From contig JAFGKV010000036.1 of the NCBI GenBank assembly GCA_016928395.1, forward strand, positions 62,001 to 115,033: 53,033 nucleotides of DNA. The letters are read 5' to 3'. Position 1 is the first letter of the stretch; each line of letters starts with the position of its first letter. The position numbers and the translations under genes were made by a program. The notes under the pieces are model-generated. The model saw nothing but the letters and a program-made list of their open reading frames with translations. It did no database searches and was not told the origin of the DNA. Positions 38,020 to 47,924 of the stretch are shown piece after piece. The stretch is from Candidatus Fermentibacterota bacterium. Its GTDB lineage: Bacteria; JAFGKV01.

Positions 38020-40653
38020 TCATTGAAAGACATAGATGGTCTGATCCGGCGTGGTGCCGGGAATCACCCGGATGTCACCATCCGTGAACACAACTTCAAC
38101 TTCCACGTACGTTGGTCGGCGGCCGAGACCAAAGTGCTGTACGAGTGAATTCTGGCTTGCGGTGCCCTTCCCTCCTTGCACTTCTCGGACTTGGGCACGG
38201 GCGCCGTCCGAGACCCGAACCTTGCAGCCTATGCAGTCCGCATTGGTGGTGATCCCGTTTCCCACACCGATAACACCCACGGATCGCCCCCAGGAATCGT
38301 TTCGAAACAAACGTATGCCGCTGCTGCTCCCCACCACCAGATCCAGATCGCCGTCACGGTCGAAATCCGACACAGCGCAACCCCAGCCGTTAAGCGCGCG
38401 GACCCCTGCCAGGTAGGTGACATCATGAAAGCGCCCGTGCCTCTGCATCAGAAGGTACGAGCGACGCCCCTCGTACACTGATGTGATGTACAGGTCAAGA
38501 TCACCGTCATTGTCGAAATCGGCCCAACAGGGATCAGAGCTCGTTTCCTCGTAAGGGATTCCTCCCCGCCCCTCAAGCGGAACAAACTTACCCTCAGCCG
38601 CTGCACGGTTCTGCAGAAGCACGGTGGTGTTCGAGAGATGAATGTAGCGGGGATGGGCAAGATTCGCACTGATGAGATCGAGGTGACCGTCACCGTCGAA
38701 ATCACCCCAATCACTGCCGATGGTATGGCCGAACCATCCATCGCGTTCCTCACCGCGGACTCCGCGGAGACACGCGACATCGACAAACCGACCGCTGCCG
38801 TCATTCTCCCATAGAGAGTTGGGCTGCAGCCGGTAGTTGGAGACAAAGATATCCAGGTCCCCGTCGGCATCGTAATCGGCGCAGCCTACACCCCTACCGG
38901 CCCTGGGCTGCCCGGTGGCAATCCCCCTCAGACCGCTCTCGTCAACGAAAAGCCCCTTGCCCTTGTTCATGAGCACACGGTCGGGCATCCCTGAACCCGG
39001 TGACTCGGCGCATTCATATTTCGCCAGGTAAACATCAAGAAGACCGTCACCGTCGAAATCACCCAATGCGGCGCCTTCCGTCGGCAGCCCATCCGCCGGG
39101 AAGCCCGCCACCTCTTCAAAGCGCTGGCCGTCACCGAGAAAGAGACGGTCAGAGGAGTCGCCGGTTCCCATGACCAGCAGGTCCAGTGCCCCGTCGTTGT
39201 TCACATCGGCGAAGAGGCCCCCCGAGGAGACAACCCCGTCGAGGCCAACCAGGGTGGTCACCTCATGAAACGTGACGCCGGCGACGTTGTGGAACAGTCT
39301 GTTCCCGCCCACGAGGAGATCATCGAATCCATCACCATCGAAGTCACCCCACGCAACCCTGCCGCCCCCAACTTCTCCAAGCCCAGACCGGGAGGTGACA
39401 TCCTCGAACAGCGGGCCATCGTATTCGAGCACGTTCCTGGAATACTCGACAGTCTTATCGGACGACCCCATCCGACGCAGCACGATGTTCAAGAGGGAAT
39501 CGGCCCGAGCGGTCCACACATTGCGCACGTCACCAGCCTCCAAGGCCCGGGCTAGAAACTCCCCTGCCTCCGCCAGCCTTCCACCGGATACTGCGCACTG
39601 TCCGAGCACAAAATACGCTGGAGCTGCCGTCGCCTCGCAGCGAATGCGCTCGGGGAGGTTCTCCACGACATCCGTCGCCATTCTTGCCGCAGTCTCGATG
39701 TCGCCACGGCGGAGCAGAGCCATGGCATAGCTCGCCTCGGCTTGCACGCGAAGAGAGCAGATCTCCAGCTCCCAGCGTTCTTCTGGATAGCCTGGCGGTG
39801 GTACACACTGGCCAACCGCATCAACGGCCCGCCTGGCGTACTGGAGGGCGCGGTAGTCTCCAAGGTTCTTTTCGAGATACCAGTAGGCCGCCGTAGTCAA
39901 GGCCCGTGGGTCATCCGGCGAGTCCCGCATCCATGCATGTAAGACATCACTCAATTCAGCGGGCCGGTTCATGACCGCCAAGGTCGCCGAGAGTGTCGAA
40001 AAGGCCTCCCCCCTCATGACGCTCTCGGGGTTGTCGCGCAAGTATCGCCGCAAAAAGGCTGCCTTGCCTGCAGTGTCGTTCCACACCCCGTGAAGGCTGT
40101 CGTAGAAGCTCTCCATGGAGATGTCAAAGGCCAGCCGGGAACCGGGAAAGCGGAACGCCAGCATGGATCCCGCGGCATTGGCCAGGGAGTCTTCCCCCAT
40201 GAGCCGATAGCCGTGATAGGCCAGTTCCAGGTCACTCTCGGTTCGGGGCCGTATCAGGGCGCAGGCATCAACCTCCTGACGGACGAGACGCTGCAAGCTG
40301 TCGCCGTTGTCAGCACCCGCCATGGCCAGAAGTGCGCGCCACCTTCCCCTCACCGCATCCTTCTCCCTGGGCCTTACGGCTAGGATACGATCCCAGTGGT
40401 CTAGAGCCCGGCCGGGATCGCCGACCTTGTGAAAGCACTCCCCGAGCCGCAGCCAGGGGTCAATCTCGTGCGGCGCCGCATTCATGGCTCTCACAAACGC
40501 TGCCGCCGCATCATCGAAACGGCAGTACGCGGCCAGACTGTCTCCGCGGGCCATGAGAACCTCATACCGCTCCGAGATCAGCGGCACGGACCGGGCGCAG
40601 GATACCCCCAGCGCCACGAGCAGGAGCAGGTAGATCTTCCGCGCGGACACCAC
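38020..40653 (-). CDS. Lipoprotein with TPR region, FG-GAP/VCBS repeats and ASPIC/UnbV domain (CRTAC1-like)
   Basis: Lipobox LGVSC; repeated DFDGDGxxD motifs; IGCKVRV...HFGLG; start uncertain (GTG 40653 after GGAGGAGG). Confidence 0.85.
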   Translation of the reverse strand: MVSARKIYLLLLVALGVSCARSVPLISERYEVLMARGDSLAAYCRFDDAAAAFVRAMNAAPHEIDPWLRLGECFHKVGDPGRALDHWDRILAVRPREKDAVRGRWRALLAMAGADNGDSLQRLVRQEVDACALIRPRTESDLELAYHGYRLMGEDSLANAAGSMLAFRFPGSRLAFDISMESFYDSLHGVWNDTAGKAAFLRRYLRDNPESVMRGEAFSTLSATLAVMNRPAELSDVLHAWMRDSPDDPRALTTAAYWYLEKNLGDYRALQYARRAVDAVGQCVPPPGYPEERWELEICSLRVQAEASYAMALLRRGDIETAARMATDVVENLPERIRCEATAAPAYFVLGQCAVSGGRLAEAGEFLARALEAGDVRNVWTARADSLLNIVLRRMGSSDKTVEYSRNVLEYDGPLFEDVTSRSGLGEVGGGRVAWGDFDGDGFDDLLVGGNRLFHNVAGVTFHEVTTLVGLDGVVSSGGLFADVNNDGALDLLVMGTGDSSDRLFLGDGQRFEEVAGFPADGLPTEGAALGDFDGDGLLDVYLAKYECAESPGSGMPDRVLMNKGKGLFVDESGLRGIATGQPRAGRGVGCADYDADGDLDIFVSNYRLQPNSLWENDGSGRFVDVACLRGVRGEERDGWFGHTIGSDWGDFDGDGHLDLISANLAHPRYIHLSNTTVLLQNRAAAEGKFVPLEGRGGIPYEETSSDPCWADFDNDGDLDLYITSVYEGRRSYLLMQRHGRFHDVTYLAGVRALNGWGCAVSDFDRDGDLDLVVGSSSGIRLFRNDSWGRSVGVIGVGNGITTNADCIGCKVRVSDGARAQVREVQGGKGTASQNSLVQHFGLGRRPTYVEVEVVFTDGDIRVIPGTTPDQTIYVFQ

Positions 40654-40844
40654 CCAGCTGCCGTAGCCTCCTCCCCCATCAAGTGTGTCGCGGCAGACCC
40701 TGGCTGCCGTGTACCCGGCCACGGGACTCGAGACAGCCGGGACCATCCAAGAGTCGCCCGACAGAGCGCGGGCCATGAGACGGCGGCTAGGGCGCATGGG
40801 GGCGCATACCCTCCTCGGAGTGCGGTGAATGAGAACGAGAAAGG

Positions 40845-42623
40845 CTATGCGCTTCGGCCTGTGCTGTCAATCGGTGTGACTCGTCCAGCAGCGGCCGGTC
40901 CGAGAAGAACCCATCGATACTCGGGGTTAGTCTCCATAAGCCGCTCGTGGCTCCCCTGGTCGGCAATGCGCCCGTCTTTGATGAACAGCACCCAGTCAGC
41001 CTGTTCTACGGTAGCGACCCGATGCGAGACCAAAAGCATCGCCGCACCGCCAGGCCCTCGGGCCATTCCCTCCCAGAACCGTCGCTCGGTCTCCGCGTCG
41101 AGGCTGGCCGTGCAGTCGTCCAGCAGAAGAAGCTGGGGCCCCCCGACCAAAGCCCGGGCGATGGCCAACCGCTGCCGTTGCCCACCCGAGACCAGCGTTC
41201 CGCGATGGCCCAGCCTGGTGCCAAGGCCCTGTTCCATCGCGCGGACATCAAAGCCGATCTGGGCCCTGTCCAACACGGCTAGCACACTCTGATCATCGAT
41301 TTCCCTTCCCACAAGAACATTGTCTCTGATGGTGTCCGAGAACAGCGCTCCCTCTTGGGGGACATAGCCGATGCCACTGCGGTACTGGTCGAGATTCAGA
41401 TCGTCCAACCCGATCCCATTCAGCGCAATCCACCCGGAGGTCGGAGAAAGAACACCGGCAGCCAGCTTCAAAACCGTGGTCTTGCCGCTGCCCACTTCCC
41501 CAACCAGGACGACCCGCTCCCCTGCCCTCACCTGGAACGACAAGTCCTTCAGCAGGGGATCGCTTTCCGCATAGGAGAAAGAGACATCGCTGAACTGCAG
41601 CGCGGACATCCGAGGAACCTCGGCTCTACCGGCGGGAACCTGCCTGGAGGGGAACTCGTCGATATCAGTGATTCGGTCCATGGACACGAATGCCTGCCTA
41701 GCCACGGCGGGAAGCCCCGGGAGTTCGGTCAGGGGCTGCATAAGTCGCTCAAGATACAGGTAGATCGCGTAGAGGCCCCCGATGCTCAGATCCCCCCGCA
41801 CCACCAGCGCGCCGGAGGCAAGCAACGCAATACCTTGGCACAACCGCCCAATGCCCGCATCGCCATACCATGTCAGCGCGAAGAGCCGCGCAACCCGGTA
41901 CTGAACGCCTGCCCGTTCCCTGAGTATGTCCGCCAGCTTGCGTTCCTGGCCTTCCTCTGCGGTGAACGCCTTCACGATTCTGATCCCGCTGAACGTCGCC
42001 TCCAAGGCTTCATTCGTGCGCGAGATTGCCTTCTGTTGTGCATCGAATGCCCGGTGCAGCCGGTGGCGAATGACATAGTACAGGTAGATTCCGCCGGGAA
42101 GCGGAATGAGCGAGATCAAGGCAACACGCCATTCCAGCAGGAAAATGGCCGCCACGCAGAAAGCAAACCGGCCAAAGGCATCGATGCCCCGGAACACGCC
42201 GGAGCTGAGAAACCAGGCCAACTTCGGGTACTCCCGCAGATCATCGGTCAGCCGCGTTACCAGATCCCCGGTGGGGAAATGGAGAAAGAAGCGATAGTCC
42301 TTCTTGAGCAGGCGATCAAACGAATCCCCGCGGATATCCAACTCGAATCGCATGTTCATCCATGCCCTGGCCACAGGATACAGCCCAGCAACAATCCTGG
42401 CCAACAGGAGGACGGCAAGCACCAGCATGGTGCCCATGCCGACTCCATCGCCGCCATGCTGCATGACGCTGGTCACCCTGTCGATCACATGCTTGAGTAC
42501 CAGGGGGTATGCCAGAGTCACCGCGGTGGAGAGAACGGTGAAACAAGCCATGATGACAAGCCACCAGCGATGGTGCCGCCAGTGCGACCAGATCCACGCC
42601 GCCCGCCATCCCCGCCGGTTCAT
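40845..42623 (-). CDS. Heterodimeric ABC exporter subunit (TMD+NBD), degenerate Walker B
   Basis: GEVGSGKT, VSGGQRQR, LLLDDCT (Asp instead of catalytic Glu); ATGA overlap. Confidence 0.92.
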   Translation of the reverse strand: MNRRGWRAAWIWSHWRHHRWWLVIMACFTVLSTAVTLAYPLVLKHVIDRVTSVMQHGGDGVGMGTMLVLAVLLLARIVAGLYPVARAWMNMRFELDIRGDSFDRLLKKDYRFFLHFPTGDLVTRLTDDLREYPKLAWFLSSGVFRGIDAFGRFAFCVAAIFLLEWRVALISLIPLPGGIYLYYVIRHRLHRAFDAQQKAISRTNEALEATFSGIRIVKAFTAEEGQERKLADILRERAGVQYRVARLFALTWYGDAGIGRLCQGIALLASGALVVRGDLSIGGLYAIYLYLERLMQPLTELPGLPAVARQAFVSMDRITDIDEFPSRQVPAGRAEVPRMSALQFSDVSFSYAESDPLLKDLSFQVRAGERVVLVGEVGSGKTTVLKLAAGVLSPTSGWIALNGIGLDDLNLDQYRSGIGYVPQEGALFSDTIRDNVLVGREIDDQSVLAVLDRAQIGFDVRAMEQGLGTRLGHRGTLVSGGQRQRLAIARALVGGPQLLLLDDCTASLDAETERRFWEGMARGPGGAAMLLVSHRVATVEQADWVLFIKDGRIADQGSHERLMETNPEYRWVLLGPAAAGRVTPIDSTGRSA

Positions 42624-44428
42624 GCGTTCACCGCCCATGTCCGCCCGCGCTGTGCGGACTGCAGGTCATACAACTGGCGGTACATGCCCCTCTGGGTGTA
42701 CAGCTCGTGGTGGCCGCCCTCCTGGGCCACACGGCCTTCGTGGATCACAAGGATGCGATCCACGCTCCGCAGAGTAGAGAGCCGGTGCGCCACGATGATG
42801 ACGGTGCGGCCTTCAAATGCTCGAGCCATTGATTCCTGGAGCCGCGTCTCGGTTGCGGCGTCAACCGAGGAAGTAGCTTCGTCAAGGATGAGGATATCCG
42901 GATCGCGCACCACTGCCCGGGCAATGGAAAGCAGCTGTCGCTCGCCCAGGGAGAGATTCATCCCACCTTCGGCTATCGCCGCAACCGGCCCTTTGGGCAG
43001 CCTGCACACAAACCGGTCGGCGCCTACCACCCTGAGTGCGTGGTCAACCTGGAGTCGCGAGATATCAGTGGCGAATGCCCTGACATTCTCCTCAATAGTA
43101 CCCGGAAACAGGGTGATCTCTTGGAGCACCAAGCCCACTCTCCTCCGCCATTCCCGCAGCGGGAATCGGCGAATGTCTTGCCCATCCACCGTGATCGCTC
43201 CGTCCTGCGGCTCGTAGAAACGCAGCAGGAGGTTGGTGATAGTTGTCTTGCCTCCTCCCGAAAGCCCGACCAGCGCCACCTTCTCACCCCGTGCCAGGTC
43301 AAAAGACACAGATCTCAGCGCCGGGGCGCTGCCGTCGTAGCTGAAGCTCACATCCTCGAATCGAAGGCGATTCCACTGCCGGGGCACGGAGATGACCGAA
43401 CCGTTGACGCCCTCATCGCATTCGGTTCCCTCCAGAAGGCCGAAGACACGGTCAGCCGACGCAAAGGCCCGGTTGATGAAACCCAGTTGCTCTCCGAACA
43501 TCAGCAGTGGGAAGTAGATCTGTCGCGCATACTCCAGGAAGAGCACCAAGGTCCCCAAGCTCATCAGCGATTGCATTCTGTTCCCCGAGGCCAACCACAC
43601 CACGGCACCGACCAGCACGACTTCGGTGCTGTGCAGAACACTCCAGAACGAATAGTCCAGTAGGGCGGCGTTCCGTTCACGATGGAACAGCTCGACGCCC
43701 GCGCGGGACAGCCGCGAGGATGCCCACCGAGTCGCCCCGAACACCTGCAAAATGGGTACTGCAGCAATGAATTCGCCCAGGACGCTTGAAAGGTCTGTAT
43801 ACGCGCAACGCGCCTTCCGGTAGAGGCGATAGGCAATACGGAAGAACAGGGGCATCACCACGAGCGGAGGCGCGAGGAAGACCATCACCAGAGCCGTGAG
43901 TCTCCAGTTCGTCCGCATCATGACCGCGAAGGTGCCGAGGAGCAGGAGGATATTGCGTGCCAGCTCTCCTGCAGCTTGGCTGCACAACGTCTGCACGCGA
44001 TCGCCATCCGACTCCACTCGGGCCAACAACGCGCCGGGCGTCGTGGCGTCGAAGTACAAAAGCCCCTTGCGGAGCACCTTGCGGAACAGCCTCCGCTTCA
44101 ACTCCGTCACGACGGCAAGCCCCATCTTGCTGGCCACCGATACCTGGAGGAAGAATGCCACGCTCAGCACCACGGCCAGGCCCATGTAGAGCAGCGCATC
44201 CTGGGCCATGCCGCCGATTCTCCCTTGGGGCACACGCACGTCGATGAGGTGGCGCAGAACCAGCGGCCCCGCGATCTCGGCACAGACCGAGACTACCATG
44301 AATACCATCACCAAGGCCAGTTGCCGCCCTCTGCCCGCCATAAGATCGCGCACATGGGCGATCCGGGCTCGAGCGGTCAGCCGCGCGGTTTCCTGGGTGT
44401 CGTCGTCATCAATGAAATCGTGAAACAT
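42620..44428 (-). CDS. Heterodimeric ABC exporter subunit (TMD+NBD), consensus Walker B
   Basis: GLSGGGKT, LSLGERQL, ILDEATSSVD, VAHRLST. Confidence 0.92.
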   Translation of the reverse strand: MFHDFIDDDDTQETARLTARARIAHVRDLMAGRGRQLALVMVFMVVSVCAEIAGPLVLRHLIDVRVPQGRIGGMAQDALLYMGLAVVLSVAFFLQVSVASKMGLAVVTELKRRLFRKVLRKGLLYFDATTPGALLARVESDGDRVQTLCSQAAGELARNILLLLGTFAVMMRTNWRLTALVMVFLAPPLVVMPLFFRIAYRLYRKARCAYTDLSSVLGEFIAAVPILQVFGATRWASSRLSRAGVELFHRERNAALLDYSFWSVLHSTEVVLVGAVVWLASGNRMQSLMSLGTLVLFLEYARQIYFPLLMFGEQLGFINRAFASADRVFGLLEGTECDEGVNGSVISVPRQWNRLRFEDVSFSYDGSAPALRSVSFDLARGEKVALVGLSGGGKTTITNLLLRFYEPQDGAITVDGQDIRRFPLREWRRRVGLVLQEITLFPGTIEENVRAFATDISRLQVDHALRVVGADRFVCRLPKGPVAAIAEGGMNLSLGERQLLSIARAVVRDPDILILDEATSSVDAATETRLQESMARAFEGRTVIIVAHRLSTLRSVDRILVIHEGRVAQEGGHHELYTQRGMYRQLYDLQSAQRGRTWAVNA

Positions 44429-44535
44429 GATACGCGCTTCCGGCTTCTATCCGGCAAGTCGTGCCGGTGCGTCCCGCCGAGGCGGTACACTGATATACCA
44501 AATGAAATCGAGGTGATAGAGGCGTCGTATGCGGG

Positions 44536-44574
44536 TCAGACGCCGAATCTGTGCGGGAAGAGACTCCTGATCAC
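44536..44574 (-). CDS. Candidate 12-aa leader peptide MIRSLFPHRFGV
   Basis: GGAGG(TGA) RBS 6 nt before GTG 44574, TGA at 44538-44536, inside the ABC operon leader. Confidence 0.4.
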   Translation of the reverse strand: MIRSLFPHRFGV

Positions 44575-44630
44575 AGGTCACCTCCGGGTGCCGGAGTGGA
44601 TTCGTTGAGGAGAAAAACAAGAAGTGCATA

Positions 44631-44659
44631 AAGGTATTTGCGCGCCCGGATAAACGCAA
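44631..44659 (-). promoter_or_regulatory. Promoter for the ABC exporter operon
   Basis: TTGCGT-17 nt-TACCTT. Confidence 0.55.
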
Positions 44660-44694
44660 GAACCATGCGCGCCGTGCCGGCGCTCCACGACTGC

Positions 44695-46350
44695 TCAACC
44701 GGGAAGGTCAAGGCCACCCGTAGCGGCGCCTACCCTGTTGGAATCGATTGATTCAGTAAAGAGGTTCTGCCCGCGTACCAGGTAGTACCAGGAGGCTCCC
44801 GGCAGCACTGCGTCCACGTGGGTGAAAGTCGTCGTCATCACCGTAGTAGGCGTCACACTGCCTGTCGCGAAGTAGGGTGCTTGCGCGGCGTACACCGAGT
44901 ACCACTGGGCGAACGGTCGTGCCGACCAGGCAAGTACTATGCTGCCATTCACCGCCGTGCAGACAAGGTCGGTTATGGGAGGGATGCCCGGAGGCGATGC
45001 CGCAGCCTCGTACTGGTACGTTCCTGAGCCCGTGCTTGCGATACTGGTGATGATCACCACGGCGTCTTCGTAGGCGATTCCGAACTCAGGGAGGCTGAAC
45101 GATGCGGCCTGGCCGGCTCCGGCTGGGTAGGCCTGTACCGAGAGTGTGGTCCCTGTATTGCGGGTGCAGGCCTGCAGCATGAACTGCTCGTTATCCGCAC
45201 CATCGAAGGAGAACGAAAGGTCCGTCCCGTCGCGAAACACGACATAGTCGGCAGCCCAGTGATTTACGAAACGCGACAGGGGCTCCACGGGAAAGGCCGT
45301 GTGCAGGCTGTGAGCAAATCCTGGAAGATCCGTTAACGAGTACCCATAGATGCCATCCGCGAAGGAGGTATCATCTATGAAGTTGGCGACAACCCATCGG
45401 AGAAACACATCGGTGAACCGCTCCGAATAGCCCAGTTCCGCCAGCACAGTATCGTAGCCCGCGATCCCGTTGGCGGGCTCATGGACCAAGGCCCAGGTGA
45501 GATCGACGCCTCCGTGATGCTCAAACAGGTAGAGGCTCCAGAGGTAGACCTTGATGTAATCAGCCCACGATCCGTTCCACACCGTCAGATTGTTATCGGG
45601 ATTGGATGGAAAGCCCGTAATGACATCCGGATGGCCATACAGGTACATGGCCAGCTCCGACATTCCCTCGTCAACCCATGAGGCCTCGTTGGCGTCATGG
45701 CGGAAATGGATCATATGTTGGAACTCGTGGGCGGCCACCGCAAGCAGGTAGTCGCCGCCCGGATCCGCAGCGGCGCTATTAAGATAGAGCACTTCACATT
45801 CGTTGGACGCAAAGGGCTGGGTCCCGTCGGGGAACTGGTCGAACATCCAGAAGTACCCATCGGCTCCAATCTGGAAATCATAGTAGAGCAAGTAGATCCG
45901 AGGGTCATTGTCCAGCGCGTCGGGAGGGTCACCGAAGGCCTGCGTGCAGATATCGTAGATTCCCATGGTCGGGATGGGCCCCGGTGAGGACGAGTTAAAC
46001 CGTTCCACGATGGCATCCACGTCGTCCTGGTTGACTGTCACACCCCATTGGGAGTTTTCCACCACGACGTAGCAGTGCTCCCCCATTCCTCGAACCGTGC
46101 AGGGAAGCAGGGAAGCCTCGGGGTACCCTCCCAGATCCCATATGTACCAAAGCCACTCGTCGCCGAGCTGCGGATTCGGCGGCGGCCCCCGCCTGGCCTG
46201 CATCGAAGGGTCTGAAGCCTCCAGGGCAGAACGCGGATAGAAAGCATCCACCTGTCGCGTCAGGCAACGCGAGGGGGTATACCCGCCGGACTCAACCGTC
46301 GCCGTAGCGAGACAGACAAATGCCAGCCCGGCCGTCAAGTATGCCTGCAT
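44695..46350 (-). CDS. Secreted zinc metallopeptidase (M30/hyicolysin-like gluzincin) with FN3-like tail
   Basis: Signal peptide; DNDPRIYLLYYD, AHEFQHMIHF, WVDEGMSE. Confidence 0.82.
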   Translation of the reverse strand: MQAYLTAGLAFVCLATATVESGGYTPSRCLTRQVDAFYPRSALEASDPSMQARRGPPPNPQLGDEWLWYIWDLGGYPEASLLPCTVRGMGEHCYVVVENSQWGVTVNQDDVDAIVERFNSSSPGPIPTMGIYDICTQAFGDPPDALDNDPRIYLLYYDFQIGADGYFWMFDQFPDGTQPFASNECEVLYLNSAAADPGGDYLLAVAAHEFQHMIHFRHDANEASWVDEGMSELAMYLYGHPDVITGFPSNPDNNLTVWNGSWADYIKVYLWSLYLFEHHGGVDLTWALVHEPANGIAGYDTVLAELGYSERFTDVFLRWVVANFIDDTSFADGIYGYSLTDLPGFAHSLHTAFPVEPLSRFVNHWAADYVVFRDGTDLSFSFDGADNEQFMLQACTRNTGTTLSVQAYPAGAGQAASFSLPEFGIAYEDAVVIITSIASTGSGTYQYEAAASPPGIPPITDLVCTAVNGSIVLAWSARPFAQWYSVYAAQAPYFATGSVTPTTVMTTTFTHVDAVLPGASWYYLVRGQNLFTESIDSNRVGAATGGLDLPG

Positions 46351-46363
46351 GGCCGACAACCCC

Positions 46364-47617
46364 CTATGTGCGGGAGTCAGAGGTCTGCCCCTCCTCCTCC
46401 TTCTTCATGGGCGCCATCCTGTGGAGTACCCAGGGGAGCAGGGCGTAGAATGCCGCGGCCGTTACCAGATGATCAATGGGACAACGATCTTCGGGCGTAT
46501 GGGCATACTTCTCTTCTGAGGGGCCGAAGCCGATGGTGGGTATCCCGAACATCCCCATAGTGGCGACACCGTTGGTGCTGAAGTTCCATGTACCCAATCG
46601 TGCTGCCGCTCCCAGGACCGTTTCCGCGGCCTGGAGTCCTGCCTTGACCAGAACATGCTCGCGATCCAGCACCCAGGGTGGGTAGTACTTCTTGACCATG
46701 TAGTGCAAGCCGCGATAGCTCGGCCGGGAGTAGTCAGGGATGGCTACTCCGGCATTGGCGGCACGCACCTCCGGAAGAGAGCGGATCTCGCCGACGGATG
46801 CCTCGTCAGTCTCTCCTGCGGTCAGGCGGCGGTCCAGGTGTATGCGGCAGAGGTCCGGGATGGCACAGAGTGACGGCGCCCGTGAAGTGATCTCAGTCAC
46901 GGCCACCGAGCCTTTCCCCAGATACTCGTCGTCAGTCAACTTCGAACCCATCTTGCGGATCGCATTGATGATGGGCGTCATCAAATATACCGCGTTGGTG
47001 CCTTGTTCCGGTGAGGCGGCGTGGGCCGATCGGCCCAAGGTCGTGACATCGATCTCGACGCGCCCTCGCTGGCCATGGTTGACCGCCAGGTTGGTAGGCT
47101 CGGTAAGAACCACCCATGATGGCACGTACCGCTCCTCATTGACTATGTACTGCCAGCACAGACCGTCGGAATCCTCCTCCATGATACTGCCGACGAGCAT
47201 CACGGTCATGCCCTCCGGAAGGCCGACATGGCGCCAGATATGTGCGGCCAGCATCATGGCGGCCATACCGCCCTTCTGATCCGAGGCGCCACGACCAAAC
47301 ACAAACCCGTCCTTGACCACGGCTTCGAAAGGCTTGATATCCCATGCATCCAAATCGCCGACGTCCACCGTGTCCATATGGGCATCAAACGCCAGGAGAT
47401 TGGGCCCCGATCCCACCGTGCCTATGATATTACCAAGCCGGTCGACCCGGATCTGTCGAATGCCGGCCTCCCGCATCTGTACACTGACCCGCTCGATTAC
47501 CTCCCCCTCCTGCGTGCTCATCGAAGGAACGCCGATGAGCTCCTGAAGGTAGCGCACCACTGTGTCTTTCCCCTCTGCGGCAAGCTCCATGATCTTTGAG
47601 ACTGGCAAATCAGACAT
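46364..47617 (-). CDS. ygeY: YgeY-family M20 metallohydrolase
   Basis: FDAHMDTV, GRGASDQKGG, EEDSDGLCWQYI, TEPTNL, GQRGR, FSTNGV, EKYAH. Confidence 0.9.
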   Translation of the reverse strand: MSDLPVSKIMELAAEGKDTVVRYLQELIGVPSMSTQEGEVIERVSVQMREAGIRQIRVDRLGNIIGTVGSGPNLLAFDAHMDTVDVGDLDAWDIKPFEAVVKDGFVFGRGASDQKGGMAAMMLAAHIWRHVGLPEGMTVMLVGSIMEEDSDGLCWQYIVNEERYVPSWVVLTEPTNLAVNHGQRGRVEIDVTTLGRSAHAASPEQGTNAVYLMTPIINAIRKMGSKLTDDEYLGKGSVAVTEITSRAPSLCAIPDLCRIHLDRRLTAGETDEASVGEIRSLPEVRAANAGVAIPDYSRPSYRGLHYMVKKYYPPWVLDREHVLVKAGLQAAETVLGAAARLGTWNFSTNGVATMGMFGIPTIGFGPSEEKYAHTPEDRCPIDHLVTAAAFYALLPWVLHRMAPMKKEEEGQTSDSRT

Positions 47618-47924
47618 TCCCGCAATCCTCCCTTACATGCAGAGTCGACCGACTCTCCTCTACGTCGTCCACGCAAAAGAACCGCCCGAGAGCGATGCAA
47701 TCCGCTGGCGTGCCGTGTACTGGTGAAGTGCTTCATAATCGCTGGCCGATGTCCTCAACGCAAGGCTGGCGGGGGAAGGCTGCGCGTGACTCCTACGTCA
47801 TGATCCACGGTGTAGGGAACGCCCTCGGCAGGGCCCTGGATTTCGACTCCCGCAGCGACCGGGCCTCAGGCGTTCCTGCGTGCCCCTCCGTGCCCACGCC
47901 TCACCAAACCCTGAACCGCATGGG

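Noticed and set aside
41355-43217. 620-aa plus-strand ORF
   Set aside because: Antisense to the two ABC exporter genes; no independent coding signal
46364-47617. Selenoprotein (UGA readthrough) suggested by ygeY
   Set aside because: No gene in the window shows an in-frame UGA interrupting a conserved domain; TrxB has an ordinary CATC
47830-47855. GGATTTCGACTCCC resembling a tRNA/tmRNA T-arm
   Set aside because: No acceptor stem, cloverleaf or CCA end could be built around it
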